A DNA stretch of 64,000 bases. It comes from Malacoraja senta. Lineage: Eukaryota. The notes beneath the pieces are model-generated. The model saw only the letters and a list, made by a program, of their open reading frames with translations. It searched no databases and was not told the DNA's origin. The stretch spans positions 248,001 to 312,000 of the forward strand of contig JAXLNO010005631.1 of NCBI GenBank assembly GCA_038087875.1, read 5' to 3'. A program made the position numbers and the translations under genes. Below are positions 1-12,482 of this stretch, one piece after another; position 1 is the stretch's first letter, and the number at the start of each line of letters is the position of its first letter.

Positions 1-1084
1 TGATCGGCAAATTGCGTTGGCTCAAAGTTCTTTTGCGTTGTCCCTTCCACGCCACCTCTCCCCGAGTTGACTATCATTTGGTGTTTGATTTTCCCATGGT
101 CACGGCTATATATCCAAATCTGGCCGCTACCCTCCCCTCCTCACGTTTCTGTCAACTTCGCCCAACTGCCTCTTTCACCTCCTAGTCACTTCCCTTCCGC
201 ATTCTGCTTCAACAGTTGCTTCCAATGCTGTGATCTGCGACCAAGCATCCACCCCGTTGATCCCGAGCGTCCTAGCACTTGTTGACTTCTCATATCCCTC
301 ACAAATCGGCCTCTGACCTTTCTGTCCTCCATGGCCCATAATCTTACGATAGCTTGTTCACTCATATATTCCACAATCCTATGACTATTTCCCCTCCTCC
401 TGTGTTCACTACAATGTCACTCCTCCGATATCTGAATGACGTATGATCACACGCCTCTTTCCACATTGTTTTTCTTTCTTTCCAATTTCCTCCTCATCTT
501 CTTCCGATCCTGCTATGCTCCAGTTTTCCGATATGTCCATCAGCACCACCACAGTCTTCTCCGCACATTATGTCGCCTGGCTTTCGGCCCCTCCCTACAT
601 CCCTTCACTTTTATCAGCTTGATATATCGTCGACCCTCCACTTTATCCCAATGTACGCTATTCCATCCCTGGATCAATCCCCGTAACACGCTGTACCTCC
701 ATCTTACCCTTCCCATTCATCTACCAACTTTACGACTCCACCTTCTCGTTTGCCTCTCCAAACTGTGGCTCTTTCTCAATGTCCCGGCGGGGCAATTGAA
801 TCATAATCCTCGGAATCTTATGGATAGGATGCGCGAAATATCGAAATAGGCAGACTTGCAGAGAGTAAGGAAAGCCAGGAGATGCTCGTGACTTATTGCT
901 ACTGTCGTACAGAACAAAAGCAAGACTTCCAAAGCCGAATGTCACATTTTACAATATGCGTTCAGCATATATGAAACAGAAACGTCGTCGGCACACGATC
1001 TACACCCGCTAACGCACACCCCTCGTAAACATTTGAACTTTTATACAACATCGCCGGCTGAAATATTTACATGGAATGTCACAA

Positions 1085-1944
1085 CACATAGAAACATAGA
1101 AACATAGAAAATAGATGCAGGAGGAGGCCATTCGGCCCTTCGAGCCAGCACCGCCATTCATTGTGATCATGGCTGATCGTCCCCTATCAATAACCAATGC
1201 CTGCCTTCTCCCCATATCCCTTGACTCCACTAGCCCCTAGAGCTCTACCTAACTCTCTCTCAAATTCATCCAGTGACTTGGCCTCCACTGCCCTCTGTGT
1301 TTTTTCTCATCACAGTCTTAAATGACCTCCCCTTTATTCTAAGACTGTGGCCCCTGGTTCTGGACTCGCCCAGCATTGGAAAAAATGTTCCTGCATCTAG
1401 CTTGTCCAGTCCTTTTATAATTGTATGTGTTTCTATAAGATCCCCCCTCATCCTTCTAAACTCCAGTGAATACAAGCCCAGTCTTTTCAATCTTTCCTCA
1501 TATGACAGTCCCGCCATCCCAGGGATCAATCTCGTGAACCTACGCTGCACTGCCTCAATCACAAGGATGTCTTTTCTCAAATTAGGAGACCAAAACTGTA
1601 CACAATACTCCAGATGTGGTCTCACCAGAGCCCTATACAACTGCAGAAGAACCTCTTTACTCCTATACTGAAATCCTCTTGTTATGAAGGCCAACATTCC
1701 ATTAGCTTACTTCACTGCCTCCTGTACCTGCACACCAACTTTCAGTGACCGGTGTACTAGGACACCCAGGTCTCGCTGTACCCCACCCCCCCCCCCTTAC
1801 CTAACCTAACCCCATTGAGATAATAATCTGCCCCTTGCTTTTGCCACCAAAGTAGATAACCTCACATTTAACTATATTATACTGCATCTGCCGCGCATCT
1901 GCCCACTCACTCAACCTGTCCAGGTCAGCCTGCAACGTCCTAAC
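1085..1944 (-). mobile_element. CR1-type LINE, 3' part (RT C-terminus, 3' UTR, (TTTCTATG)n tail); continues at 10423
   Basis: ORF 1266..1697 [22 protein letters not shown]. Tandem catagaaa tail at about 1085-1108. Confidence 0.92.
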
Positions 1945-3028
1945 CTCCAATGACACCACCAGAGTCCTAAGAAGAGAATGCAGAAAATCAGAACGGAAGT
2001 ACAAATCTGCTAAGCTTCAAATTTCCTTCGAACTCCTACAAAACAATCTTCACAATTACCAGGAAGCGGTAAAATCTGCAAGAACTAAATACTTTTCCAC
2101 CCTTATCTCCAAAACCGCTCATAATTCCAAGGTCCTTTTTAGCACCATCACCTCCATCATGTGTCCTGCCCCCAGCACCAGCTTAACTGGGACCCTGCTA
2201 AGTGCGAGGAATTTACTACATTTTTCACCAGCAAGGTAGAGAACATAAGAACGAATATTTCCCCTCCCACCCGTGACCTGGCTGTCTCATTGGTCAGCTG
2301 TTCAAAATTAGATTGTTTCCAACCCGTTATTCTACCCCCCCCGCCCTTGTAAAACTGATCACCACCATGAAACCTACTACCTGCCCCCTCGACACTGTCC
2401 CCTCTGCCCTCCTAAAGGACATAATTACAACAGCCGGTCCCAGCATCCTTGCCATCTTCAACAGCTCTCTGGCCACTGGCACTGTACCTACCTGCTTCAA
2501 GCATGCGGTGGTCCAGCCATTCCTGAAAAAACCTAACCTCAACCCCACCTTGCCAAGCAACTACAGACCCATTTCTAAACTGCCTTTCCTCTCAAAAGTC
2601 CTTGAAAGGGTAATTTTAAGTCAACTTATGCCTTACCTTCACCAATACACTAGCTTGGAAACTTTCCAATCGGGTTTCAGGGCTCACCAAAGCACAGAGT
2701 CTGCCTTGTTGAAGGTACATAATGACCTACTCCTCGCCGTTGACTCCGGCGACAGTGCAATCCTGCTCCTTCTTGACCTCAGCGCAGCATTTGATACTGT
2801 CGACCACACCATCCTAATTGACCGTCTCCGGTACGGGGTTGGTATTGATGGCATTGCCCTGAGCTGGTTCATCTCCTACCTCAAAGGTAGGAGTTTCTAG
2901 ACTAACATAGGCAACTCTTTCTCCTCCCCAGCTAGTCTCTGCTATGGAGTTCCACAAGGTTCCATCCTTGGCCCCATTATCTTCTCCCTGTATATGCTCC
3001 CCTTATGCCAAGTCATTGAAAGGCACGG
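1945..3028 (+). mobile_element. L2-clade LINE, RT region part 1
   Basis: ORF 2313..2900 NYRPISKLPFLSKVLE, FQSGFR..STESAL, LLDLSAAFDTVDH, followed by GVPQGS. Confidence 0.9.
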
Positions 3029-3169
3029 TGGCGCTATGGAGGCTTGAGTCCAGCGCCAACTAGCTCCGTGCCGAAGAAACTTAAAACGGGAGAAAATCGG
3101 GTTTTACCTGCAGCGATCGCGATCTGAACGGCTGCCCGCGTGACGTCATTAGGCGCGCTACTCTACGGT

Positions 3170-4213
3170 ATGTCGTTACAACGTACCCCCACCCGTGTGA
3201 CACAAAAAAAAGGCGCTAAAGGGAAATCGCAGCCGGAAGAGGAAGGCCCTATAGAGGCCTCGGCCTCAGTTACAACGTCGCCCCAGGAAGAACCTCCGAA
3301 GAAACCAAAACAGAAAAAGTCCGAAATGGAGGATCTTAAAACTTTTCTCGTTGCCGAATTGAAAACCTTTGGAGAGAATTTTGGAGAGAAATTTAAAGAG
3401 GATCTCTACTCTTTCAAGGTAGATTTTAAAGCAGAAATGCTTTCTACCGTTCAACAAATACTGGAAATCTGGAAAAGGACGATGGAGGAAGAAGTCAAGG
3501 ATCAGATGGAAACGCTGGAAGCCAGGCTCGTTTCGGTGGAAGCGAATGTCAATATGGATGTGGCCCCCATTCGTCACGAACTTGATCAACATAGAACAGC
3601 GATAACCGAACTTGAGAAATGGGCGGCGACAAGTGCGGAAACTGTAAGTCGACTCCTTACTGAAAACCAACGCCTCTCCGATATGGTGATCAAATTAAAT
3701 GATAAATGTACCGATTTGGAGGGTCGTCAAAGACATACGAACCTAAGAATTGTAGGGGTGAAAGAAGGAAGTGAGAAGGAAATGGGCACTCGGGATTTTG
3801 TGGCAGACCTATTACAAAAAGCCTTAAAATTGGATCACAAACCTTCACTCGGTCGAGCTCATAGAGCGCAGCGACGTCGTACACAAGATGAAGCCCATCC
3901 AAGACAAATTATCGTAAAGGTGCAACTGGATCATGAATTTGACGATATAATGAAGAAAACTGTTCAAGGCGGACAGCTCCTTTTTGAAGGTGTGAGATTC
4001 AGTATTTACCGAGATTATCCGGCAGAAGTCTTCAAGAAAAGAGCGCTGTTCACTGAGACAAAAAGAATACTGAAGAATGTACATGGTTTGAGATACGGCC
4101 TGCTTTATCCCGCAAGACTAAGAGTCACCTACAAGTCCAAGGAGCTATTTTTTACGGACCACGAAAAAGCACTGGAATACGCCAAAGAAATCGGGAACCT
4201 GACCGTAGACTGA
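3170..4213 (+). CDS. L1 ORF1p (coiled coil, RRM, CTD), 347 aa from the first ATG
   Basis: DLEGRQRHTNLRIVGVKEG, SIYRDYPAEV, YGLLYPARLRV. No stops or frameshifts. Confidence 0.92.
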   Translation: MSLQRTPTRVTQKKGAKGKSQPEEEGPIEASASVTTSPQEEPPKKPKQKKSEMEDLKTFLVAELKTFGENFGEKFKEDLYSFKVDFKAEMLSTVQQILEIWKRTMEEEVKDQMETLEARLVSVEANVNMDVAPIRHELDQHRTAITELEKWAATSAETVSRLLTENQRLSDMVIKLNDKCTDLEGRQRHTNLRIVGVKEGSEKEMGTRDFVADLLQKALKLDHKPSLGRAHRAQRRRTQDEAHPRQIIVKVQLDHEFDDIMKKTVQGGQLLFEGVRFSIYRDYPAEVFKKRALFTETKRILKNVHGLRYGLLYPARLRVTYKSKELFFTDHEKALEYAKEIGNLTVD

Positions 4214-5168
4214 AGAATTTACTTTACGCCTTAGGAGTCAAGGACTAACAGGACCACCAGATCTAAAAGGACCTTTAGAGTTCTTTTAAGAGCTTTAAGG
4301 ACATTTGAAAACCGAAATGGACGGAGGACATTGGAGAAAACCGGGACCTTTGTATTTTTTAATTTTTTTTTAATTTTATTAATTTTACTAATCATTGTTA
4401 TTATCTGTATATTCATATCTAACTACAACTAATACTTATTTAATATTCACATTACTACTAAAATTATTAACATCAACATTCCTCATAAAAATTTAATACT
4501 GTATATGATTGATAACAATGATTAATAACTAATAGTCTTTGATTAAAGTAGAGATGAATTACATACTTATATTATATAAGAGGATATGCAAGAGGTAAAT
4601 TAGCCTATGTCATAATAAAACTTGACGGTTTTCCTCTTTGATTTTCAAATTAAATTTAAATTTATAGATTTAGCGAAGAAAATAATATAATAGGCAGAGA
4701 ATAATAACGTTGTGAATTTTTGATATTCTTGAATTTTTCTGCAGGGATACGTGCTTATGTATGTATGCACATGGGTATATATACATATATATATGTGTGT
4801 ATGGTGTGTGTGTGTATGTATGGGTATGTATATAAGTTTGTTACTCCCAAAGAAGTTATTTGAATGTTAGAAATAATCTTTTTTCTTCTTCGGGCACGGA
4901 GCTGGGAATTTTTTTTTTACAAAGGCTACGGAAGTCTTTAGAATTCTAGCCACGTTAGTGTGGCTATCACTAACTACACTAATTGTAGATGTAGTTCTCT
5001 TTCTTTCACCCTTTACTAATCAACTCTATCACTTTTTTCACTTTAAATATTTTTATAACTCAACGTTTGAATGGAAAAACAAGTCTAATACAAGGAGATG
5101 TGTTCGGAAGAGCGATGTATATGATTTTAAATTCATCTATCTGAAGTTCGGTAGCAGGGTCAGGTTCT

Positions 5169-8100
5169 ATGTGTTGTACTTTCTGCTCAGCTATAGACCA
5201 CCTTAGAAACAATATGCAAGATGTTAATATGATAAGAGGGGGTCAGGGAATAACATTTTGTAGTTGGAATGTCAAGGGAATCAATGAACCAATTAAGAGA
5301 GGTAAAGTTTTGGCACATCTAAACCTAATCAAAACAGATATAATATTTCTCCAAGAAACGCACCTTAAAAAGGAATCTCAACATAGACTTAAAGCTAAGT
5401 GGATCGCTGAATCATATCATTCCTCCTTTTCCCATAAATCCAGAGGAGTTGCAATATTAATTCGTAAAGGAATACATTTTACGAACTCTTCAACAATAGT
5501 GGATATTGATGGTAGATATATTATATTAGTTGGAGAGTTAAATGGTGAAAAAGTAATTCTTCTCAATGTATATGGGCCTAACTTTGATAACCCCATGTTT
5601 TTTAATAAAACATTTAATAAAATTCCTGAATTTACACAATATAAATTAATAATTGGAGGAGACTTCAACTGTACATTAGATTCATACTTAGATAGATCTT
5701 CAAGGCAAAAAAAAGTAAAATCTCAATCAAGTGTATTTTTAAATTCATTTATTAATACCACTAATATTAAGGATGTCTGGAGAATAGAAAACCCAACTGG
5801 ACGGGAATACTCATTTTACTCGCCAGTACATAAAACATACTCAAGAATAGATTATTTTTTGGTTGACTCTAGGTTTATCCCATTTATTTATAATTCAAAA
5901 TATCATAACATTATAATCTCAGATCACGCACCTGTAACATTCATGATTAAATTAAATGGAATGTCCGAGAAACAAACATATTGGAGATTCAACCCACAAA
6001 TTTTGAACGAAAGATCATGCCAGGAATATATTATTAAACAGATTCAAATATTTTTTGAGGTAAATGACAACCCTGACACACCTACTTCTCTTATGTGGGA
6101 AACGTTTAAAGCGTTTGTTCGTGGTACATTAATTTCCGCTCAAGCATTTTATAATAAAGAGAACAGGATTAAACAACAAACATTGGAAAGTGAAATCAAG
6201 CAACTAGATATAGAAAATGCGAGAATGCCATCTATTTTAAAACATAATAAAATTGCTGTATTAAAATATAAATTAAATAAAATGTATTCAGAACAAGTAA
6301 TAAAACTTTATCAAAAAACCAAACAATTACATTTTGAATTTGGAGACAAACCACAAAAACTATTATCACGTCAGTTACGAAAAATGGAAGGGGAAAAAAT
6401 AATTCATAAAATTAGAACAGAGACAGGAGAATTATTAAAAATGCCCAAGGACATAAATGATAGATTTCTCCAATACTATCATAACCTTTATTCAACTAAA
6501 ACCGTAGGACAATCAGAAGGAATAGCAGATTTTTTACTAAAATGTAATTTAAAAGGTTTAGATTCAAACGATAGAGAATTATTAGAAAAGGAGATTACCA
6601 TAAAAGATATTGAGGAGTCTATCGGCTCTTTAAAAAATGGTAAAGCAGTAGGACCAGACGGTTTAGGCTCCGAATTTTATAAAAAATTTCATGACTTGCT
6701 TTGCCCACGTTTACAAAGATTGTACGAGTATATCTATACTCAACAGAAACTTCCAGACACTTTAAATGAATCTATAATAACACTTATTCCTAAAGCTGAT
6801 AAAGATCCGGAAGACCCGGGATCATATAGAGCAATCGCACTTTTAAATACAGATCAGAAAATATTAACTAAAATACTAGCGAATAGATTAAGTACAGTGA
6901 TGAATAAATTAATACACCCTGACCAAACAGGCTTTATTCAGAAACGGTACTCATATTATAATCTAAGAAGATTATTTAATATTATATATTCCAAGAGAAA
7001 TATTAAGGAAGATCTAGCAATAATCTCACTTGACGCTGAAAAAGCATTTGATCAGGTCGAATGGTCTTATTTATTTTCGGTGATGGAAAATATGCAGTTA
7101 GGGGAGAAATTCTGTACATGGATAAAACTGTTATATACAAATCCCACGGCTAGAATATTTACAAACCAAAGGTTGTCATCTAAATTTAGTCTATCTAGAG
7201 GTTGTAGACAAGGATGCCCGTTATCTCCATTATTATTTGCGCTTGCTATTGAGCCACTTGCAGAAAGAGTCAGGGGGCATCCGGAAATACACGGATATAA
7301 CACAAAGGACACAGTGAATAAAATTTCTTTATACGCAGATGATGTATTAATTTACATTACAAAACCAGAAATTAGTATTCCAAATTTATTAAAGCTAATA
7401 ACCCAATTTGGTTCACTTTCAGGATACAGAATAAATTGGAATAAAAGTGAAATTATGCCAATAAGGGAACATAACAAACAGATAATACAACAATTTCCAT
7501 TTAAAATAGTAAAGGAAAAATTTAAATATCTAGGTATTTATATAACTAAGAAATATACATCATTATTTAAAGCAAATTTTCCACCATTACTAAATAAACT
7601 ACATAAGAATATTCAATACTGGAAAACACTTCCTATCTCAATGGTAGGCAAAATTAATGCCATAAAAATGATTTTTTTACCGCAAATATTATACCTTTTT
7701 CAGACAATTCCGATATATCTGGCAAAAACCTTTTTTAAAAAACTGGATTCTATTGTTAATGATTTCATCTGGGATTATAAGAATCATAGGATAAACAAAA
7801 GACATTTGTGTAAATCAAAAATGAATGGAGGCTTGGTTTTACCCAACTTTTTGTTTTATTTCTGGGCAGTTAATATTAAAAATATGAATTTCTGGTTGGA
7901 AGAAATAGATCATCAGCCAGACTGGTTAAAAATGGAAAAGGAAGATTGTTTACCTTTTGATATCGGTTCGATTTTATTTGCTACGTCTAAATTAAACAAA
8001 AAAATTTATAGGGAAAACCCTATAATATTTAGTGCTATACGAATTTGGAAACAATTAAAAAAGACATTAAAATTAGATAATTTATCACTTTTTCTTCCAA

Positions 8101-9029
8101 TTGTGAATAACCCTTTGTTTAAGCCTTCATGGTTGGACGGGGGTTTTACACAATGGAAGAATTATGGAATTAAAAATATGGGACAACTTTACAAGGAAGG
8201 CACTTTTCTGACATTTCAGGAGTTGCAACAGACTTACGGACTTCGAGGAAATGATTACTTCAGATATCTTCAACTTAGAGATTATGTAAAATCAAATACT
8301 CAAAATTTTCGAATTAGAAATTCAGAAATTCTTGATGAATGTTGGAACAAACATCCTAATACAGAAAAATTAATATCTTATATATATAATATCTTATTAG
8401 ACAGTGACATTCCATCGACGGACTTACATAGACAAACATGGGGAAAAGAATTAAATCAAATAATAACGAAAGATACTTGGGAAGAAAGTTTGCAACACAT
8501 ACATCAATGTTCATTAAACGCCAGACATTCTCTAATACAATTTAAAGTAATACATAGGTTACATTATTCCAAAACAAAACTACATAAAATTTTTCAACAT
8601 ATCTCACCTATATGTGATAAATGTCAACATTTAGAAGCTACCTTATCTCATATGTTTGCAAACTGTGTAAAAATTAAACAATTCTGGGTAAATATTTTCA
8701 GTATAATATCTAAAGTAACCAGCACACAATTGGACCCAGATCCAAAATTAATAATACTTGGAATATTAGAATTAAATCAAACATTTAGTATAACACAAAG
8801 AAACTTTATTGATTATAGTTTAATAACAGGAAAAAAATTAATTCTAAAATTTTGGAAAGGCCCTACGACCCCCACAATTAAAATGTGGATTATAGAAATG
8901 ACGGAGACCTTAAATGTGGAAAGAATCAGACTCTCCCTGTTGGACAAACAGGAAATATTCGTTGGAACATGGTCTCCTTTTATTGATTACCTAAAGGGTC
9001 AGAACAGTTCAGCACAGGAACCTGACTAA
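5169..9029 (+). CDS. L1 ORF2p (APE endonuclease, reverse transcriptase, CCHC), 1286 aa; true start may be ATG 5214 or 5229
   Basis: WNVKG, QETH, GDFN, SRIDY, SDH; SLDAEKAFD, RQGCPLSP, YADD; CDKC..ATLSHMFANC. Confidence 0.96.
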   Translation: MCCTFCSAIDHLRNNMQDVNMIRGGQGITFCSWNVKGINEPIKRGKVLAHLNLIKTDIIFLQETHLKKESQHRLKAKWIAESYHSSFSHKSRGVAILIRKGIHFTNSSTIVDIDGRYIILVGELNGEKVILLNVYGPNFDNPMFFNKTFNKIPEFTQYKLIIGGDFNCTLDSYLDRSSRQKKVKSQSSVFLNSFINTTNIKDVWRIENPTGREYSFYSPVHKTYSRIDYFLVDSRFIPFIYNSKYHNIIISDHAPVTFMIKLNGMSEKQTYWRFNPQILNERSCQEYIIKQIQIFFEVNDNPDTPTSLMWETFKAFVRGTLISAQAFYNKENRIKQQTLESEIKQLDIENARMPSILKHNKIAVLKYKLNKMYSEQVIKLYQKTKQLHFEFGDKPQKLLSRQLRKMEGEKIIHKIRTETGELLKMPKDINDRFLQYYHNLYSTKTVGQSEGIADFLLKCNLKGLDSNDRELLEKEITIKDIEESIGSLKNGKAVGPDGLGSEFYKKFHDLLCPRLQRLYEYIYTQQKLPDTLNESIITLIPKADKDPEDPGSYRAIALLNTDQKILTKILANRLSTVMNKLIHPDQTGFIQKRYSYYNLRRLFNIIYSKRNIKEDLAIISLDAEKAFDQVEWSYLFSVMENMQLGEKFCTWIKLLYTNPTARIFTNQRLSSKFSLSRGCRQGCPLSPLLFALAIEPLAERVRGHPEIHGYNTKDTVNKISLYADDVLIYITKPEISIPNLLKLITQFGSLSGYRINWNKSEIMPIREHNKQIIQQFPFKIVKEKFKYLGIYITKKYTSLFKANFPPLLNKLHKNIQYWKTLPISMVGKINAIKMIFLPQILYLFQTIPIYLAKTFFKKLDSIVNDFIWDYKNHRINKRHLCKSKMNGGLVLPNFLFYFWAVNIKNMNFWLEEIDHQPDWLKMEKEDCLPFDIGSILFATSKLNKKIYRENPIIFSAIRIWKQLKKTLKLDNLSLFLPIVNNPLFKPSWLDGGFTQWKNYGIKNMGQLYKEGTFLTFQELQQTYGLRGNDYFRYLQLRDYVKSNTQNFRIRNSEILDECWNKHPNTEKLISYIYNILLDSDIPSTDLHRQTWGKELNQIITKDTWEESLQHIHQCSLNARHSLIQFKVIHRLHYSKTKLHKIFQHISPICDKCQHLEATLSHMFANCVKIKQFWVNIFSIISKVTSTQLDPDPKLIILGILELNQTFSITQRNFIDYSLITGKKLILKFWKGPTTPTIKMWIIEMTETLNVERIRLSLLDKQEIFVGTWSPFIDYLKGQNSSAQEPD

Positions 9030-9453
9030 CACCCGGGCTAAAGAATGGATGAAACGCTATATCTAGAAATGTACGAATATATCTCGAATGAAGTTTTCTA
9101 TTTTAATAAATTTTTCCATTCTTCTTTAACTNNNNNNNNNNNNNNNNNNNNNNNNNNNNNNNNNNNNNNNNNNNNNNNNNNNNNNNNNNNNNNNNNNNNN
9201 NNNNNNNNNNNNNNNNNNNNNNNNNNNNNNNNNNNNNNNNNNNNNNNNNNNNNNNNNNNNNNNNNNNNNNNNNNNNNNNNNTCTCTTTAGTTCTATTTAG
9301 CTTAAAAAAAAAGCAAAAGGTATTGGAGACATTGTAATAATATTTAACAATATTATCAATTTAATAATGTAAGACTGTAATGATGTAACTAGGTTGTGTA
9401 CGCATCTCCAATAAAAAAATATTAAAAAAAAAAAAAAAAAAAGAAAGGCACGG

Positions 9454-10422
9454 CATTTCCTTCCATTGCTATGCGAACGATACACAACTCTATCTCCCCC
9501 TGAAGCCCAAAAAACAATCAAATCTGCTTAACCTTACCCATTGCCTCGAAGATATAAAGTGTTGGATGTCCCAGAACTTCCTCCAACTAAACGAGAGTAA
9601 GTCTGAGGTCATCCTCCTCGAACTCAATCAAAATGATAGCAGGCAGTCTTGGAAGCCTTACCCCACCACTCAAACCTCACGTCAAAAACCTTGGCGTGAT
9701 ATTTGACTCAGCACTGAAATTTGACAAACAAGTCAATGCTGTGGTAAAAGCTAACTTCTTTCAGCTTCGGACGATAGCTAAAATAAAACAATTCCTCCAC
9801 TTTGATGACCTCGAAAAGATCATCCATACATTTATCTCCTCCCGCCTAGATTACTGCAACTCCCTTTACACTGGCATCAGCCAATCTTCCCTGTCCCGCC
9901 TGCAACTGGTCCAAAACGCCGCAGCGAGACTCCTGACGGGCACCCAAAAAAGGGACCACATCACCCCGATCCTGGCCTCTCTCCACTGTCTCCCTGTGCG
10001 GATCCGTATACATTTCAAGATCCTCCGCTATGTCTACAAAGCCCTTAATGGGCTTGCCCCCACCTACATCAAAAGTCTTCTTACCCACCACTCCACCTCC
10101 AGGTCCCTCAGATCGGCTAACTTGGGGTTGCTGAATATCTCCCGGTCTAGGCATAAGCTCAGGGGCCACCGCGCCTTTGCGGTTGCAGCTCCAGCACCCC
10201 CCTTCCCATCAGAACTGCCCCCTCCATCGACTCCTTTAAGTCAAGACTAAAAACGTATCTATACTCCCAAGCCTTTCTTGACGTCCTCTGAGCGAGGGCT
10301 ATATGTATATGTGTATGTAGTTTGTTTGATTATACTATTCTTATAACAAATGTAAAGCACTTTGGCCAACGAGAGTTGTTTTGTAATTGTGCTATATAAA
10401 TAAATGTGTCTTGACTTGACTT
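9454..10422 (+). mobile_element. L2-clade LINE, part 2 with 3' terminus
   Basis: Resumes HGISFHCYANDTQLY (YADD-equivalent). ORF 9633..10250 SRLDYCNSL. L2-type end gcactttg..gttgtttt..gtgctatataaataaa+(gactt)n. Confidence 0.9.
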
Positions 10423-12482
10423 ACATCCTCTTCACAGTTCACACTGCCACCCAGCTTTGTGTCACCCGCAAACTTGCTAGTGTTGCTCCTAATTCCCTCT
10501 TCCAAATCATTAATATATATGGTAAGCAGTTGCGGCTCCAACACCGAGCCTTGCGGCACTCCACTCGCCACTGCCTGCCATTCTAAAAGAGACCCGTTCA
10601 CTCCTACTCTTTGCTTCCCGTCTGCCAACCAATTATCTATCCATGTCAACACCCTACCCCCAATACTATGTGCTCTAATTTTAGACACCAGTCTCCCGTG
10701 CGGGACCATATCAAAGGCTTTCTGAAAGTCTAGATACACTACATCTACTGGCACCCCTTTGTCCATTTTACTTGTCACATCCTCAAAAAATTCCAGAAGA
10801 TTAGTCAAGCATGATTTCCCTTTCATAAATCCACGTTAACTTGGACTAATCCTTTTACTGCTATCCAAATGCCCCATTATTACCTTTTTAATAATTGACT
10901 CCAGCATCTTTCCCACCATCGAAGTCAGGCTAACTGGTCTGTAATTCCCCGTTTTCTCTCTCGCTCCTTTCTTGAAAAGTGGGATAACATTAGCTATCCT
11001 CCAATCCACAGGAACTGATCCTGAATCTATTGAACATTGGAAAATGATCACCAATGCGTCCACTATTTCTAGAGCCACATCCCTGAGGACCCTGGGATGC
11101 AGACCATCAGGTCCAGGGGATTTATCATCCTTCAGTCCCATTAGCCTACTCAATACTATTTCTCGCCTAGTGAAAATTTATTTCTATTCTATTCAACTCT
11201 TCTGCCATTTCCTTGTTGCCCATAATAATTTCACCCGTCTCTGCCTTCAAGGGACCCACGTTTGACTTTGCTACTCTTTTTCCCTTACCATATCTAAAGA
11301 AGCTTTTACTGTTCTTCTTTACATTCCTGGCCAGCTTCCCTTCGTACTTCATCTTTTCAGCCCGTATTGGCCGGTTTGTTTCCTTCTGTTGTCCTATGAA
11401 AGTTTCCCAATCCTCTGGCTTCTGGCTACTCTTTGCTGTGTTATACATCTTTTCTTTTAGTTTTATTCTATCACTAACTTCTCTTGTCAGCCACAGTTGC
11501 TACCCTAAGAATCTTTCTTCCTTTTTGGAATGAAATGATCCTGCGTCTCCAGGATTATACCCAGAAATTCCTGCCATTGCTGTTCCACCGTCATTCCTGC
11601 TAGGATCCCTTTCCAGTCTACTTTGGCCAGCTCCCCTCTCATGCCTTCATAGTCCCCTTTGTTCAACTGCATCACTGCCACTTCCGATTTAATGTTCTCC
11701 TTCTCAAATTGCAGATTAAAACTAATCATATTATGATCACTACCTCCAAGTGGTTCCTTTACCTCGAGTTTTCTTGTCGTACCTGGTTCATTGGACAACA
11801 CTAAATCCTTTTGTACAGTTCCCCCTTACTCCAAAACAGATCCCAGTGATCTAAGAATCTAAATCCCTGCCCTCTGCACCAGTTCCTCAGCCACACATTC
11901 AGGTCCCGTATCACCCTGTTCCTGCTCTCGCCAGCACAAGGAACTGGAAGCAAACCGGAGATAACAATCTTGAAGGTCCTGCTTTTCCGCATTTTTTCCG
12001 AGCTCTCAAAAGTCACGCTGCAGAATATTCATTCCCTTCTTTCCGACATCGTTTGTGCCGACATGCACTACTACTTCCGGCAGTTCACCTTCGCCCTTGA
12101 GGATTTTCTGCACTCTATGTCCGTGACATCCTGGATCCTGGCACCAGGAACGCAGCACACCATCCTCGGATCCCGTCTGTTGCCACAGAAACGCCTGTCC
12201 GTGCCTCTCACAATGGAGTTTCCAACTACAATGGCGTTGCCTGACGTTGGCCTCTTTTGTTTTGGCTCAACAACCCTTTTTGCTTCGCAAGCCAGTCCGC
12301 CACTCAGTGCGTTAATGTCTTCTGTCCCGACAGTTTCTAAGTGGGTGAACCTGTTCACAAGAGGTACAACACCCGGGGACTTTTGCATTCCATGTTTCCC
12401 TCCCTTTCTCACCGTCACCCACCTTCTCTCTTCCAGTACCTTAGGTGTAACAATCTTGCTGTAGGACTTGTCGAGGAACTGT
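10423..12482 (-). mobile_element. CR1-type LINE, upstream part: ORF1 SGNH-esterase region, internal deletion near 11800, EN C-terminus and RT
   Basis: IVVGNSIVRG (GDS-like) and VISGLLP...LNVWLRNWC; LGGSDHN; DFQKAFD; GVPQGSVL. Junction 1944/10423 rebuilds ...EEDV-RTLQ. Confidence 0.9.

Larger units (their letters stand above)
3029..9442 (+). mobile_element. Full-length L1-clade LINE (~6.4 kb) with intact ORF1 and ORF2, poly(A) tail and 11-bp TSD
   Basis: TSD GAAAGGCACGG at 3018-3028 and 9443-9453. AATAAA 9410-9415 followed by an A-tail. Target site TT|GAAA. Confidence 0.96.

Noticed and set aside
1-870. C/T-rich stretch with several short ORFs
   Set aside because: Probably an ancient retroelement remnant, but I could not identify a diagnostic motif or a convincing SLC43A3 exon.
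12395-12430. WVTV-like peptide as a possible BCL7 exon 2
   Set aside because: It is part of CR1 ORF1 (..ERRWVTVRKG..), not EKKWVTVGDTSLRIYKW.
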